The notes under the pieces are model-generated. The model was not told where the DNA came from, searched no databases, and saw only the letters and a list, made by a program, of their open reading frames with translations. Shown here one piece after another: positions 49,498 through 62,468 of a DNA stretch of 64,000 nt. The translations under genes were made by a program, and so were the position numbers. Origin of the DNA: Callorhinchus milii (lineage: Eukaryota); assembly GCF_018977255.1 (NCBI RefSeq), contig NW_024704743.1, forward strand, positions 58,096,001 to 58,160,000, given 5' to 3'. Every line of letters begins with the position of its first letter. Positions within the stretch are counted from its first letter, which is position 1.

Positions 49498-51074
49498 CAA
49501 GGCAGGGTGTAAAAAACATATCAATATGTGATCCTGATGACTCAGAGAGTGTATTCAGTGAGCATCTGAATTACACAACTGGAACGATCCCTGGTTCAAT
49601 CTACATCCATGCTTTGTAATAATAGATATAATATATAATAATAATGAAAAAAACAGAAATAATAGCATTAAAATAAATCTTATTTGCTTTTTGGTGCCCC
49701 AGAGAATTAGCACCCCCATTTTACATGAGAATCCCAAGCCTTTTCGGGGAGCCAGTCTGTCAATGCCCTAGGTGTGTACATCTGCATCTGAAGCTCATGA
49801 CTCTCTGATAGGTGGAATTCTGTCCTCTTCCATTCAAATTCAATGAGAAAGAATAACCTTGTTTTTCCAATCATTCTCATACACATTACACAAGATGACT
49901 TGTGTCTAGATGCTTAGTGAACTTACTTAAGATTTTCTGTTAACACTTGAGTTAGTTTGTGACCCCAGTGCCTAACCACCATACACACAGCCAAGAGCAA
50001 TGCAAAGATACATGATTACATTGAGAATGCCCTCTGGGTGTTGTTGAATTTGTGCTTTTCTTGTTTGAATCTCACCTGAGATACCTTAGAATTTCGCTCC
50101 TGAGAACATCTGCCAAATCACCTGCCAAATCCTGGCTAGATGTTGTTTTCTATTTCATACTCCAACCACTCATAGGATTGTGGCAAACCTTCCTCAGAGC
50201 AACAGTGAGAGGAGCAACTCAGAAGAGGAAAACAAATCGGAGGATGAGCACCGAATACTTGGAAATGTGTTTTCTGAGGACTAGGTGCTGACCTTATTTA
50301 GAATCACTGTACATAAGAGGATGGGTTCTCTATTTTGTCACCTTGACAGCATGGACCCTGAGGCAACCTATGATTTTAAGTGGGAGCCTAGTTTAATGCT
50401 TGTTTTTTTCTCATGATTGCGTGTGAATATGCCACCTCTCCAGGGTTGGGCCTGGAATTCTGCAAGTGTGATATTCCTTGTGCGTGCCCTTCAGTCCAGT
50501 TCTGTAAGCCAGGTTCTTGGTGAAGATAAATTATTCTGACTTGCTGATAGCTTCTCTGGTAACTCTCCTGTAATGCAGTTTACAGTGTCATGCTGTGGAA
50601 AGGAGATCCATGGCAGGCAAACTACGGCTGATGTGAATATACTTTCACAAAAGCGGAGGAGGTAACTTACACAGGATCGGGGCGAGAGAGGCGTTTTTTT
50701 AAATAAAAAATTGTTCTTGTATATTCGTGTGAAATAAAAAATAGCGGCTTTGCAGGGGAGGACAAGAAAATAAAAAAGTGCTTACTTAGAATCTGCTGTC
50801 AGGGGATTCATTGGTTTTGTGTGAGGTGGAGGAGGTGCTGTATCAAATGCAAGGTTTGTTGTTATTCATATAATAATCTTCCCTACTATTTCTGGAAACT
50901 AGCAGGAAAAATAGGTGCACCTCCCCACCAGACTGTGCAAAGGCTAGATGTGTATACTCGCATGCTTTGTAAGGAACTTAATGTGGAAAATATATATGGA
51001 TTAGGAAGTAAAATTACCCAGTTTATAATTGTGTCTCACACAGGTCACACAACCAATAATAAAGTGAGATGAGG

Positions 51075-51350
51075 CGACCTACCTGCCCCACAATCAGTGG
51101 CCAGGCATTCAGCAATTCAATCCCTGTTGTCTAGAACTCCATCCCAGAGACCTTCCGATACCCTCTGTCACTCACCTTGTTCAATGTCCATTTTAAGACA
51201 TATCTCTTTGATGCGTTTTCGGTCATCTTTCCCCTCTTAACTCCCTCTCCCCCTTTGCCACTCATCTCCAGGAGAGCTTGAGTGCCCAGCCAGCAGTGTC
51301 ATGCTCTTAAAATGGCCTCCTGATGTGAAAGGCGCTACATACATTGTATA
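51075..51350 (+). mobile_element. Old L2 LINE 3' fragment
   Basis: agtggccaggcattcagc...ctagaactcc...ttaagacatatctctttg...gtgaaaggcgctacata. Confidence 0.7.
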
Positions 51351-51433
51351 TACATGGTCAATAGTAAAAATGAAGGAACACCAATCTCACCAAGCTCACC
51401 AAGCTCCAGGAGCTACAATCTCACCCAGCTACA

Positions 51434-51748
51434 GGAGTCCTGTAGCTCAGTGGTTAAGAGCACTCGCTTTGCAAGCGAGAGATCTGAGTTCAATTCCAGG
51501 CAGGGTGAAACCTTGGGCAAGTTTCCTGACTCCACACGCCTAATAATAATCCTTCCAAAACCAAAAACAATAATAAATTGGTCATTTTCAATCTACGAAT
51601 GTTTGTGGGACATTGCTGTGCGCAATTGGCTGTCGCGTTCGCCCACAAATATACAGTCAATTCACTTTACAGTGTGTTCTGTGAAGCGCTTTGGGACGTC
51701 CTCCCGACGTGAAAAGCGCTATATCAAATTAAGGATTATTATTATTAT
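51434..51748 (+). mobile_element. Young full-length tRNA(Ala)-derived SINE
   Basis: ggagtcctgtagctcagtggtt head to (att)n tail. Confidence 0.94.
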
Positions 51749-52975
51749 ATTGACACATTTGTATATTTCTGGAGAAAAGAGATGCCTGTGGCCCAGATAT
51801 GTACTATCCTCCCAGCAAACATAGATTTCTTCCATTTCTGTAACTTTCACCTGCAAAATATACAGTCAATTAACTTTTTTTTGAGATGTCTCGAAGATGT
51901 GATAAGGTGCTGTATCAAATGCAAGGATTAGTTATTATTATTTTAATCTGGGAAAATGGAGATATCTCTTTATCACCACATTGCTTGGGAAAACAGGTTT
52001 ATTCCCCACTAGTCTGGCAGGAGTGGAGCAAATACTTATTGTTACAGGAGTAAGGATTGTTTGTTTTCCATGAGATCATTGGGAACTGTTTAAGTAAACA
52101 TTTGTTTCCATCCACTATGTTTAAGTCTGTAAATAAAGTTAGCAGTCGCTAGCAATGATAGGAAACCAATGTCAAATCAAAAAACTGACATTGTGTCTCA
52201 GAAGAGAGGTCCACGTTGTCCCACTATGATTATATGTAGACTCTAAAGCCTATGTCATAAACCTTACACTCTGAACCTTATACCTTAACCTACATGCTAC
52301 ATTGACGATCCTTAAAAGATTAACTTCCCTGTCTTCATAATTCCATGGCTCAGGAATTACAGTATCATTCTAAATAATGTTTAATCATCTCTTAATTTGG
52401 CAGGACGTGAAGGTGCATTACATAAAAATATTGAGTAATTTTGCTGATGTGCACATTAGAATTACTGAAAGCACAATGGCAGAAAATGGACAATGGACTC
52501 TTTATGTCTTTAATTAACTTTTCAGCTGTCCTCACAAGCTGTGATCAATGCTGACACTGGGTGTAAAAGCTTCTATTTCACAGCATTGACATCCCTCACC
52601 CTGATAAACACAAAACAAACAAATGATAAAGGAATTTCTAGCAGGTTGTACACTTGAATAGGTGACTTTTCAGCTGAATAAAGGGCAAGGTTTCCATCTT
52701 ATGCCTCAATTTGTCCTGTTTTCCAGCTAAAGTGCTTGGTAACCATTACAGTATTATCAAGTTGAAGCACTGTTACTAGGGAGAAATTATACAAGTCAAA
52801 TGGAGAAAACACTTCAAACTGATGCGATAGTTTGATCTCTAATCTAGAGACCACCTAATCGTACAATACACTTGAGAGTCAATGTTTGTGTTGCATCTAT
52901 TAACATGTTGATAAGATGAGTTCTCCAAATGACAATAAAGGCTTCCTCACTTCAGTATATCTTTATTTACTCCAC

Positions 52976-53320
52976 TGGTGAGGGCACTCGCATTGCAAGC
53001 GAGAAGACCTGGGTTCGATTCCCGGGCAGGGCTAAACATTGGGCAAGTTTCCTTACTCCACACACCTGTTTATCTAGCAATATGCAGGAACCTGGTTGTT
53101 AGTCGATTGGTGGATCGCTTTTCTGGGGGCAATAAACCATTAAAAAAAAATGTGGTCACGCAATTTACGACTGTTTGTGGGACACTGCTGTGTGCAATTG
53201 GCTGCCGAGTTTTACCCACAAAATATACAGTCAATTTACTCTATAGTATATTTTGTGAAGCGCTTTGAGATGTCTGGAAGACGTGATAAGGTATTATATC
53301 AAATGCAAGGTTTATTATTA
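52976..53320 (+). mobile_element. tRNA(Ala)-derived SINE, long-core subfamily, slightly 5'-truncated
   Basis: gggttcgattccc B box, ttgggcaagtttcc, and the extra internal segment seen at 13314-13687. Confidence 0.88.
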
Positions 53321-54555
53321 TCTAAAGGATATAGTTACTACCTTTTACAGTAAAATGTAAAGTGCTCTGAGATGTCCTTACGTGAAAGGCACAATATCAA
53401 ATACAAAGATTATTATTAGTATTATTACTTCCTAATTTCTCCTTACCCTAGTCTTTATGACTCCAACTTGTGACTTTCCTCTGACCATGACTGTGCTTCA
53501 CCATTTATAACTTTAGCTTCCAAAGTAGTCCAGAGGCCAGTATTGAGTCCTGGCTTAACTGATGTCCAGGACTGTTTCTTCTGGTACAACTTTGTATAAC
53601 ACAATGTTCCCCAAGGAGGAGAATAATTCTTTAAATAAAATAACTTGTCAGCAGAAAACTAAAAGCCAAGAAAGATGTAGTATAAATAAAATAAATGACT
53701 CCAATCGATGATTTACAAAGAAATAAGTGATCTCTTGATATTACACTACATAACCCCTGACATTATGCAGTGGATTTATTTCTTGCTAAGCCATCACTTC
53801 CTCAATTCTTACTTTTAATGTTTTTTTCCTTGCCTTGCAAATATTTCTTAACGTGTTTTCTCCAACTCCCTCCTTCTTGAAGTCATTAATTTCCTGTTGG
53901 GGTAAGGAGCATAAGGCATTGGTTTCTCTCCAGTACTTCATCCATTGGACCATGCTATTTGAGCAGGAGGGCGATACAACTGAGCCATTTGTCATAACCC
54001 AACATCAAAAACATTCAATCCCAACACACATTACTGGGAAGTAGTCATGAATGGAAACCCAAGCTATTATTTTGTTCCATGAACAGGGTCACTGAGGACA
54101 ATTGTGGGTGCACCAGCCATCATCCAGTCTGAGATTAGCACAGAACTGGATTCTAACAGAACCATAGAAGAAGCATAATCTTACTTACATGCCCTTGTAC
54201 CAAAAATTAACAACTTTCTGCTCTGCGTGGCCATTTGTGGGTAGTTACCTCTGACCTCTAGCCATTTTGAGAGCTTCTTCTTCACTTTCTAATCATTTTA
54301 TTCACTAGGCAATATTAATGGACACTTTATACATATTTTAGTTTCAACAAGTATGCTTTCATAATGCATTATATTGAGCTCTATATGATGACTGAATCAA
54401 TAGCTGAGCTTTCCAATATGGTTCTGTATCTATGTAGTATTATTTTCAGCAGAATATCATAATTTAGGCCTCGGGATTCATGAAGAGTGTGGGAGACGTG
54501 TTCATTAATATGGAGGTAGGTGCATAGTGTGTATTTACTATGCACAGCACGGTAA

Positions 54556-54740
54556 ACAACAACAACAGCATGCATTTATATAGCGCCTTTCATGCTGTAT
54601 AGCATCCGGAGTGCTGTAGTAATAAAGTTGAACGCTGAACAAAGGAGAAGGGGAGGGAGGGGTGACTGTAGGCACGGTCAAAGAGATAGGTTTTAAGGTG
54701 GGATTTAAAGATAGATAGAGAATGATGCGAGGTTGAGTAA
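54556..54740 (-). mobile_element. L2 LINE 3' fragment
   Basis: (aac)n tail, catttatatagcgcc and peptide IFKSHLKTYLFDRAY. Confidence 0.85.
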
Positions 54741-55798
54741 TAGACAAGACAATATGTTTGCCTACAAATCCAAAGACACTTCATTTCACAGTAAATCCCG
54801 TGAAGGACTTTAGGACATCCTTCTAACATGAAAGGCGCTATACACAATGCAAGTATTATTTTTATTAATGTTATTAATACAGGAGGTCATGGAAGGGTTT
54901 GATTATTTTGCTTTTTTAAATTATCACTAAACCTTCCTAAAAAATAAACAAAAATGTAATCAAAGCCTAATGGTATTGTAAAATAGCTGTATCACCACAT
55001 GATAGTGTCTGTTTTGTAATTTCATGTCAGCTGAGCTTGAAAGTAATACTCCTCAATTCCTGTTGCATCCTTGTTAATGTCCATTAAACATGTTCCCTCC
55101 TTGAAAAAAAAGCTAGTTTTTTTTTCTCTCCTGCGATGCTTGATGCCAAAGCAAAAAGGTTAGCAAATCACAAGTGTATTCTCCTTGAAAAAAAAGCTAT
55201 TATACCGTATCTATATGGTTTAAAATGTTAATAATATTGAAAGAAAAGAGTTATGATGAGGAAAGATTTGCTCAGCCTAAGGATGCCATAAAGATAATAT
55301 AGATTAATGTATTCTCAATGTATCCAAGGATTTAATATATATCTATTTCAGCAGCAACTTCAATAACAGAAGCTGAGATTTTGTCAGCCTGGCTGAAAGT
55401 GAGACATTTTATCCATTTTTCTTTAAAATACACCTTCTCAGTTTGTGAAGTAAATGGAAGATGTACTATTAAGTACTTTTAATGGGAAAATGTATTGGTA
55501 ATAACTACTAATCAAGGATAAGGGAAATGTTTGGAATGGACTTGTCCTTTAAACATCCTTTTATGTTACTGCTTTCATCTTTTAAAAAGCTTTTTGTGTC
55601 CCCTGAGCAGAATGGTCACTGCTTAATAAAAAAAAGAGTGCTTCTTCTGGTGTAAAAGGAAATACAGAACATAAAAGAAACAACTTCAAAGGATATGTTC
55701 CATAAAGTGCCAAGCCACTCCATCGTTCTGGTTATCAACAATTCCACAGTATTTCTTGAAAATAAAAAGAGAAATGAAATTCCTTGTCTTTGCATTGT

Positions 55799-56119
55799 GG
55801 AGTCCTGTAGCTCAGTGGTTAGAGCACTCGCTTTGCAAGCGAGAGACCTGAGTTCAATTCCAGGCAGAGCGAAACCTTGGGCAAGTTTCCTTACTCCACA
55901 CGCCTAATAATAATCCCTCCAAAAACTAAAAACAATAATAAATTGGTCATTTTCAATCTACGACTGTTTGTGGGACATTGGTGTGCGCAATTGGCTGCCG
56001 TGTTCGCCCACAAATATACAGTCAATTCACTTTACAGTGTGTTCTGTGAAGCGCTTTGGGACGTCCTCCCGACGTGAAAAGCGCTATATCAAATGCAAGG
56101 ATTATTATTATTATTATTA
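55799..56119 (+). mobile_element. Young full-length tRNA(Ala)-derived SINE
   Basis: Complete head, core and tail ending in (att)n. Confidence 0.94.
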
Positions 56120-57574
56120 CTGGCTCAGCGCCCACACACACAGCTTCTTCAAAAAATCACATGGTTTTGAATGATATTCATTCAGTTCTGCTTCAACCCT
56201 CCTGCAGACACATTTGTCCCTCAGTGTACCTCTCTGGTTTACTATTACTTGGATGCAACATTCAGTTTTGATAATAGAGAAGCCATGTAGCCATGTAGTA
56301 ATAGAGAAGTATGTCTCTCCCCTTGACACACTTATTGTATGGATTCAAAAGGTAGGCCTAGAGAGGTCCGGTGTACAATTTGTACAATTTGTCAAGTTTC
56401 TTTCTGAAAAGCAGACATCGACTGATGCCTTCTCAGTTGAAGACGTTTCTTAAGAGACTACTCTAGCAGCCTAGACTGACAACAAATGGCAGAGCCTATT
56501 AGTTCACTTGATTGACTGCGATTGGACCCAGAGGTTCATATCAAGCACAATGGCATCACATTCAGATATCTCGAAGGAACCTGGCATCTGTATCATCAAT
56601 CACTTTACAGCACAGTATATCTTATTAAGATTCTCACAGGAATGTACAAAGTTCAACTTGAGGTGTCAGCTACAGCCTCAGACTATACAATAAATTCATG
56701 GTATTCCTAAACATAGATGCATAGAAAGGAAAGAGCACAAAAAGCCCACAGGTCCATCAAATCCACTCCTAGATACCAATTCAAGTCATGAGTCTATTCC
56801 TCCTGTACCCAAGAACTACCTGGCTGGCTCTGCCTATTATTTTCCCTTTGAGGAGAGAAAGAGTTAAATATAATCAATAGCTGTTTAAACTTTCAGGAAC
56901 TGCAGCAATAAAAAAGAGTATTTGACTTCATTTTTCTATTCTTCTGGCAACCACCATGAACAAATGGCTTATTTACAACTGGAGTTCATTACTGTGGTCA
57001 GGTTATTAATCACAATCGGGAACTATTGCTCTGTATGCAACCACAGCATTCCCTGATAGACTCAGCGTGAATGAGCTTCACTGTTGCAGTGCTGACACCT
57101 TACTAATCTGTTTTGGTTTTGCCTTCATGTGTGTGTATAGGTGACTGGTGACTATTGAACTCAGCAATACTCATGCAGCAATTCATCACATGCTTGTTGC
57201 AATTGCTGAAACCAAGCTAAAAATGCTGCATCACAAGCCAAGTGCAGAGCTATTAGCCTGACCTCAATAATTGGAAAATTAATGGAGTCAATCATCAGAA
57301 AGAAAATGGAAGATTATTGTTTGCCTACAAAAACACAGTCACTACACTTTATGGTATAACTTGCGAAGTAGTTTGGGAGATCCTCCTGACATGAAAGCTG
57401 ATATGTGAAATGTAAGGATTATTATTATTATAAAAATAATCTAATAATTGATGATCAGCATGGGTTCAATAGGATCAATCTTCTCTAACCCAACTGCGAA
57501 AATGGAGGTTAGGCTATGGGCCAGGCAAAACCATGGTGGGGATCAGATTCGGACTGTGGGCCACGTGTTTCCCT

Positions 57575-58090
57575 GGGATAAACCTTGCCAGGCACAAGCT
57601 GAAAGAGATGTAGGAATGTTAGTTGATTTATTGCTCACCAAAACAATGTGATGCAGCAATAAACAAGACAAATTTGGATGCTGTGCTAAATTGGAAAATC
57701 AGATGAGTTTAGATCCCCAGAGTTATACTCAAGCTGTATAGAGCTCTGGTCAAATTGCACCGAGAGTACAATGTACTGTGCAATGTAGTTCTGGTCGCTA
57801 TGACATAAGAGGGATGCCCAGGCACAATAGGCAGTGAAGAAGAGAGTAACATTAAGATGAGCTTCCCTCTTTCTGTTCAGGTAGCAAGAGGACCCAGCTT
57901 TCAGCTGCAAAGGACAATTTCAGCACAAAAAACTAGAAAGTATTTCTTTACTCAGAGTGTAATTAATGACTGGAACTGATTACAGGAAAAGTTGTTGAGG
58001 TCAGGACATTGGACATTTAATAAACAGCTTGATGCAGTGATGGGAGGACCACAAGGTGGATATTCTGGAAAGATGGACCAATATTGTGAT
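57575..58090 (+). mobile_element. CR1 LINE 3' fragment, degenerate
   Basis: ERDVGMLVD and LKLYRALVK peptides, ttctttactcagagtgtaattaatgactggaac, FNKQLDAVM. Confidence 0.8.
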
Positions 58091-58664
58091 ATCAATGTTT
58101 GATACATCAATAGAGTGATACGTCTCCACGGGGAATGGTTCTTGTACATGATTTCACATTCTTCCAAGGCTTTCCTTTTATGTTACATCTTGAAGCATGT
58201 TCTTCATAGCCTCAGATGTAGCCAGTACTGTTTTCAAATCTTGAAGATCTGGTAAAGTAACAACATTCTAATTGTATACTTTTTGTGGACCTGTCCTTCA
58301 ATCAGCCAAACAAGCTTCAGATCCCAGGAACATCCTTGTACATTATTTTATAATAGATGAGATGTTAAGATGAGGTCCCATCTACCTTTGCAGGTGGACG
58401 TTAAAGAGCCAGTGACACTTTTTGAAAAAAGCAAATGGCTCCCATGTTTGCCTATAAAAACAGTCACTACACTTGATTTTTTTCATTTTTAACAGTTGTA
58501 GCGCAATACATTTGTGTCGTCTACAGCCTTCAATTTTCTCAGAATCTTATGAATATTTCAGTCTATAAAGACTCCCAATGACTCAGGTCATGGTTCACAG
58601 AAATAAACACACTATCCTTTCTTAACTCAGCTTATAATAACAATTTTCTCACATAGAAATATGG

Positions 58665-58857
58665 ACTCTTGGCCTCAATCCCTCCACCTTGTCCCCATTT
58701 TGCCCATCTTCAGATCACACCTGAAAACTTTCTCCGCTTCGACTGTACCTACAGTTACCTTCCCTTTCTCCCCAGTTCGGCGCTAAACTTGCCGTTGTTA
58801 AGTGCTCTGAAACACTACCCACATGAAAGACATTATATAAATGCAAGTTGTTGTTGT
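58665..58857 (+). mobile_element. L2 LINE 3' fragment
   Basis: atcttcagatcacacctgaaaactttc...tataaatgcaa(gtt)n. Confidence 0.8.
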
Positions 58858-60584
58858 AATGTAAGTTTTGCATCACCATAATATTTTATACAGACATGTA
58901 GATCCAACTCATCCATATTTTAGCAAATGGAAATCTGTTGTGAAGTGTAGCACTTTATGATTTATCATGGCTGCCGTCCAGTGCTGAATGTGCATGCTGC
59001 GCAGAAAAAAAATCCTTGACAACCTTCTTTTAGCCAACCCTGATGTTTGATTGTTTGTCTCTGACAGTGTGATGCAGTATAAATGAAGTCTGCCACGCAT
59101 AGGTGAAGAACTAAGCTTATTTTGAACCATAACTCAAATATAACTCTTTTTAATATGGGGTAGAAATGCTGTGGTTCTCAAAAAGAACTCTTTCAATCAT
59201 TTATTTGGTCATGGAATGCCAACAAACTCCCAATACTCCCGTTACTCCTGCTGTTACTGCTGGGGTCTCGTTTTTCAGTAAGGAGTCAGTTAATGTCCAT
59301 TTCACTTAAATTAATCTAAAAACAAAGAAAGTCCACTGATACGATTTTCAAAGGAACTATGTTGGTTTACCTCTCCCCAGCCTCCTTCAGCTCCAACCCC
59401 AGATTGTGTGTCTATCCAGGGAGCAAGTGATATTCCATTCTAATACACAAAAATTTGATGTATAGGTGGGATGCATGGAACTCTCAGTTTAGTTTGGATA
59501 TACTTAAACATGTTGATGAGCCTCTTCTTGGGTCAGAAACCGGATAATCAAAAAAATTCCAGCATTGTCAAAGCATTGAGATCCTCTCGATATGAAAGGC
59601 ACTATATAAATTGCATTATATTGCATGAAAATATCACAACCTGTTCATTAACATGGAGATCTAACAGTGCAGGATTTCTAATAGAATACCTATGGCACAG
59701 GAATTCCGCCCTTTACTTCCGAAGAGTTCTCACTTTGGTTCATTGGGATCTCAATGGGGATTCCTTAAGGAAACCTACAGTTTAAACTAACATATGTGAT
59801 AATAATAATAATCCTTGCATTTGATAAAGCACCTTATCAAATCTTCAAGATGTCTCAAAGCGCTTTACAGATTATACTGTAAAGTGAATTGACTGTATAT
59901 TTTGTGGGCGAAACGCAGCAGCCAATTGTGCACAGCAGAAGAGCCAATTTGTACCCATGTGTCGTGAGTGACCAATTTTATTTGGGGTATGATTGGCCAG
60001 GATACTGGCAAATACTCTCTTCTCCAATACACCAAAGGTTAATAGGCAGCTGACATTCACTGTTCTCAGCTCTCACATATGAAGCTTTGTCACTTGGCAA
60101 ATAATTGAGGGATGTTAATGTCCACATAAGCATACCCCAGTATCAGGGACTGCCTTCAAAAAAGAAGTGGAAAATTTTGGGGAAAAGTGAGGCAAGCCCT
60201 CATCAAACCAGAATAGTTTATTTGTATATCCCAGCACAGACTAGTTGTGCCGAATGGCCTGTTTCCATTCTGTAATGTTCCATGTAATTGTATGTAGAAT
60301 AGTTAGTACACCCATCTGTTCAGAATAAATTAAGAAATGGACATAAGATATAATTGTGGCTAACACTTTTACAATTGGGTAAATAGTCTGAGGAAGTTCT
60401 ATGCTCTGAATAAACTTCCTAATGTGAGTCATTATCTTCTTGCTGATAGAAACTGTGCCATGTTTAAAAGTATGTCTAACAGATATCAGTTGGAATCATC
60501 AACAGCACAAAGCGTTCAAGTTTGCAGTGCTGATTTGTCAAAATGCATATCCATTAGTGCATGTCATTTATGTTTTGCTCTAAA

Positions 60585-60807
60585 ACAAATATCTTTACAT
60601 TTGATACAGCATCTTACCTTGTCCCTGAGATGTCCAAAAGTGCTTCACAGGAATTAATATAAAGTGTAGTGGTTGTATATTGTGTACACCTGCCAAACTA
60701 CCTTGGAATATCAACTTGGATTGTGTGATTCCAAGTCCCGGTGTGGGGCTTGAACCCACAACCTTCTGACTCAGAGGCGAGGGTGCTACCAACTGAGCCA
60801 GCCTGAC
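60585..60807 (-). mobile_element. DeuSINE-like SINE with well-preserved tRNA-like head and an internal deletion
   Basis: Reverse strand gtcaggctggctcagttggtagcaccctcgcctctgagtcagaaggttgtgggttcaagcccca joins the tail almost directly. Confidence 0.78.
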
Positions 60808-60856
60808 AGATTGAACTTTTGCGTTTCATATTTAAAAAAATAATATGTATAAATTG

Positions 60857-61028
60857 GTGACTCAATCCACGACTGTTTGTGGGACACTGCTGTGCGCAAT
60901 TGGCTGCCGCGTTTCGCTCACAAAAAATATACAATTCAATTCACTTTACATTGCATCCTGTGAAGCGCTTTGGGACGTCTCAAAGGCGCTATCTCAAATG
61001 CAAGGAATATTATTATTATTATTATTAT
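60857..61028 (+). mobile_element. 5'-truncated SINE (3' half). Similar tail-only pieces at about 3697-3808, 9896-10045, 12797-12895, 27150-27247, 51852-51942, 59797-59945 and 61378-61507
   Basis: ctgtttgtgggacactgctgtgcgcaattggctgcc...gaagcgctttgggacgtc...(att)n. Confidence 0.88.
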
Positions 61029-62240
61029 TTTGTATTCAAGCACTTGCTGACTGTCAAAGGATTTACAAATTGTTCACAACATGTAGTGAATGGACAGTTT
61101 ATTTACCTGAAGAGTTTAATTACTGATGGTTCCCAGCACCTTTATCCATTTGATGCTGCTCTGGGCGCAGGCCATTGACAAATGCACATTACCCTATCGT
61201 AGAATTGTATCAATTAATCTAGAACTTTTCTCAGCAGCAACTCTGTTGTGAGGTTTATTAATTAGATGCTAATTTTCTATTGCAAAATAATATATATCAC
61301 AGGATTGGAGGAACAGGAGCAGACCATTCAGCCCATTGAGCCTATTAATATATTAGACCCCTCAATATATTAGATTATAATAATAATAATAATCCTTGCA
61401 TTTGATATAGCACTTTTCACGTCTTCTAGACATCTCAAAGCGCTTTACAGAATAGACTGTAAAGTAAATTGACTGTATAGTTGTGGGTGAAACGCGGGAG
61501 CCAATTATTATGGCAAATATTTTATAAATTATAAATCATAAATAAATAAATGATGGCAAATATTTTAAACCCATAACCCCTTTTCCTCATATCCCTTAAT
61601 ATCCTTACTTCCCAAGTATCTATCTATTTCCCTGGTATATTCCCAATTGAATTTGCCTCTACAACTTCTAAGGCAATACATTCTACATGTTCACAACCTT
61701 GGGTGGGTATTATACTGTTAAGTCCAAATGTTGTAAGGAGGTCAGGATAAGTGGGGGTAAAATGGGTTGTGTCTTGTGTAGCTTGGAGCTGACTAACTGA
61801 GATGTGGTATGGTGGGCTGAGTTGGGGCATGGTGGATTGAGTGGAACATTACCAGCTCTAAATTTCCAATCTTTTCACTGTCTAGCTCTTCGCTTCCTAC
61901 CCATAGAGGTCTTGAGTAAAATTTCTCAACCCAGAAATAAAGAAAAAGAGAAATTTGAAAGAGAAAGATAGCTTAACATTTCAGAACCATGCCTTGCCTT
62001 TCTCTTCCAAATGTTGATCAACCTGTTATACAATTCCAGTACATTCCCTCTATTTATTTATGGTTTCTACCATCAGGGGGTTTGTGTTATATTACCATCC
62101 ATTTCTCTATACCCAACTCTGAATATTCAGCTCTGAATACCCAGTATAAAGTACTATTCTTTCTGCAGTCCCTGCCCTACAGCCTCACTCAGAAAAGACA
62201 AAAGGATGATTGATGGAAAAATGGAAAAGTCAAATTGATG

Positions 62241-62468
62241 CAACAACAACAACAACAAGGTTCCATTTATAAAGCGCCTTTCACGTCAGGAGGACGTCCC
62301 AAGGTGCTGCACAGTTGGGTCATGACCCGAGCAGGGGGGAAATGGTCAGGGTGAGGGAAGGGAGGGAGCGAGGAGGGGGGAAATGGTCAGGGTGAGGGGA
62401 GGGAAGGGAGGGAGCGAGGAGGGGGAAGAGAGTCGAGAGGGGAGCTGAAGTCGAGAGGAGAGGGGACC
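62241..62468 (-). mobile_element. Young L2-type 3' end with internal ~41-bp G-rich tandem duplication, TSD atgcaa
   Basis: (caa)n tail, catttataaagcgcctttcacgtcaggaggacgtccc; ggggggaaatggtcagggtgagg occurs twice; atgcaa at 62238-62243 and 62469-62474. Confidence 0.82.

Noticed and set aside
51354..51824. 156-aa ORF and similar SINE-spanning ORFs (28562, 55877, 60845)
   Set aside because: Chance frames through non-coding SINE sequence.
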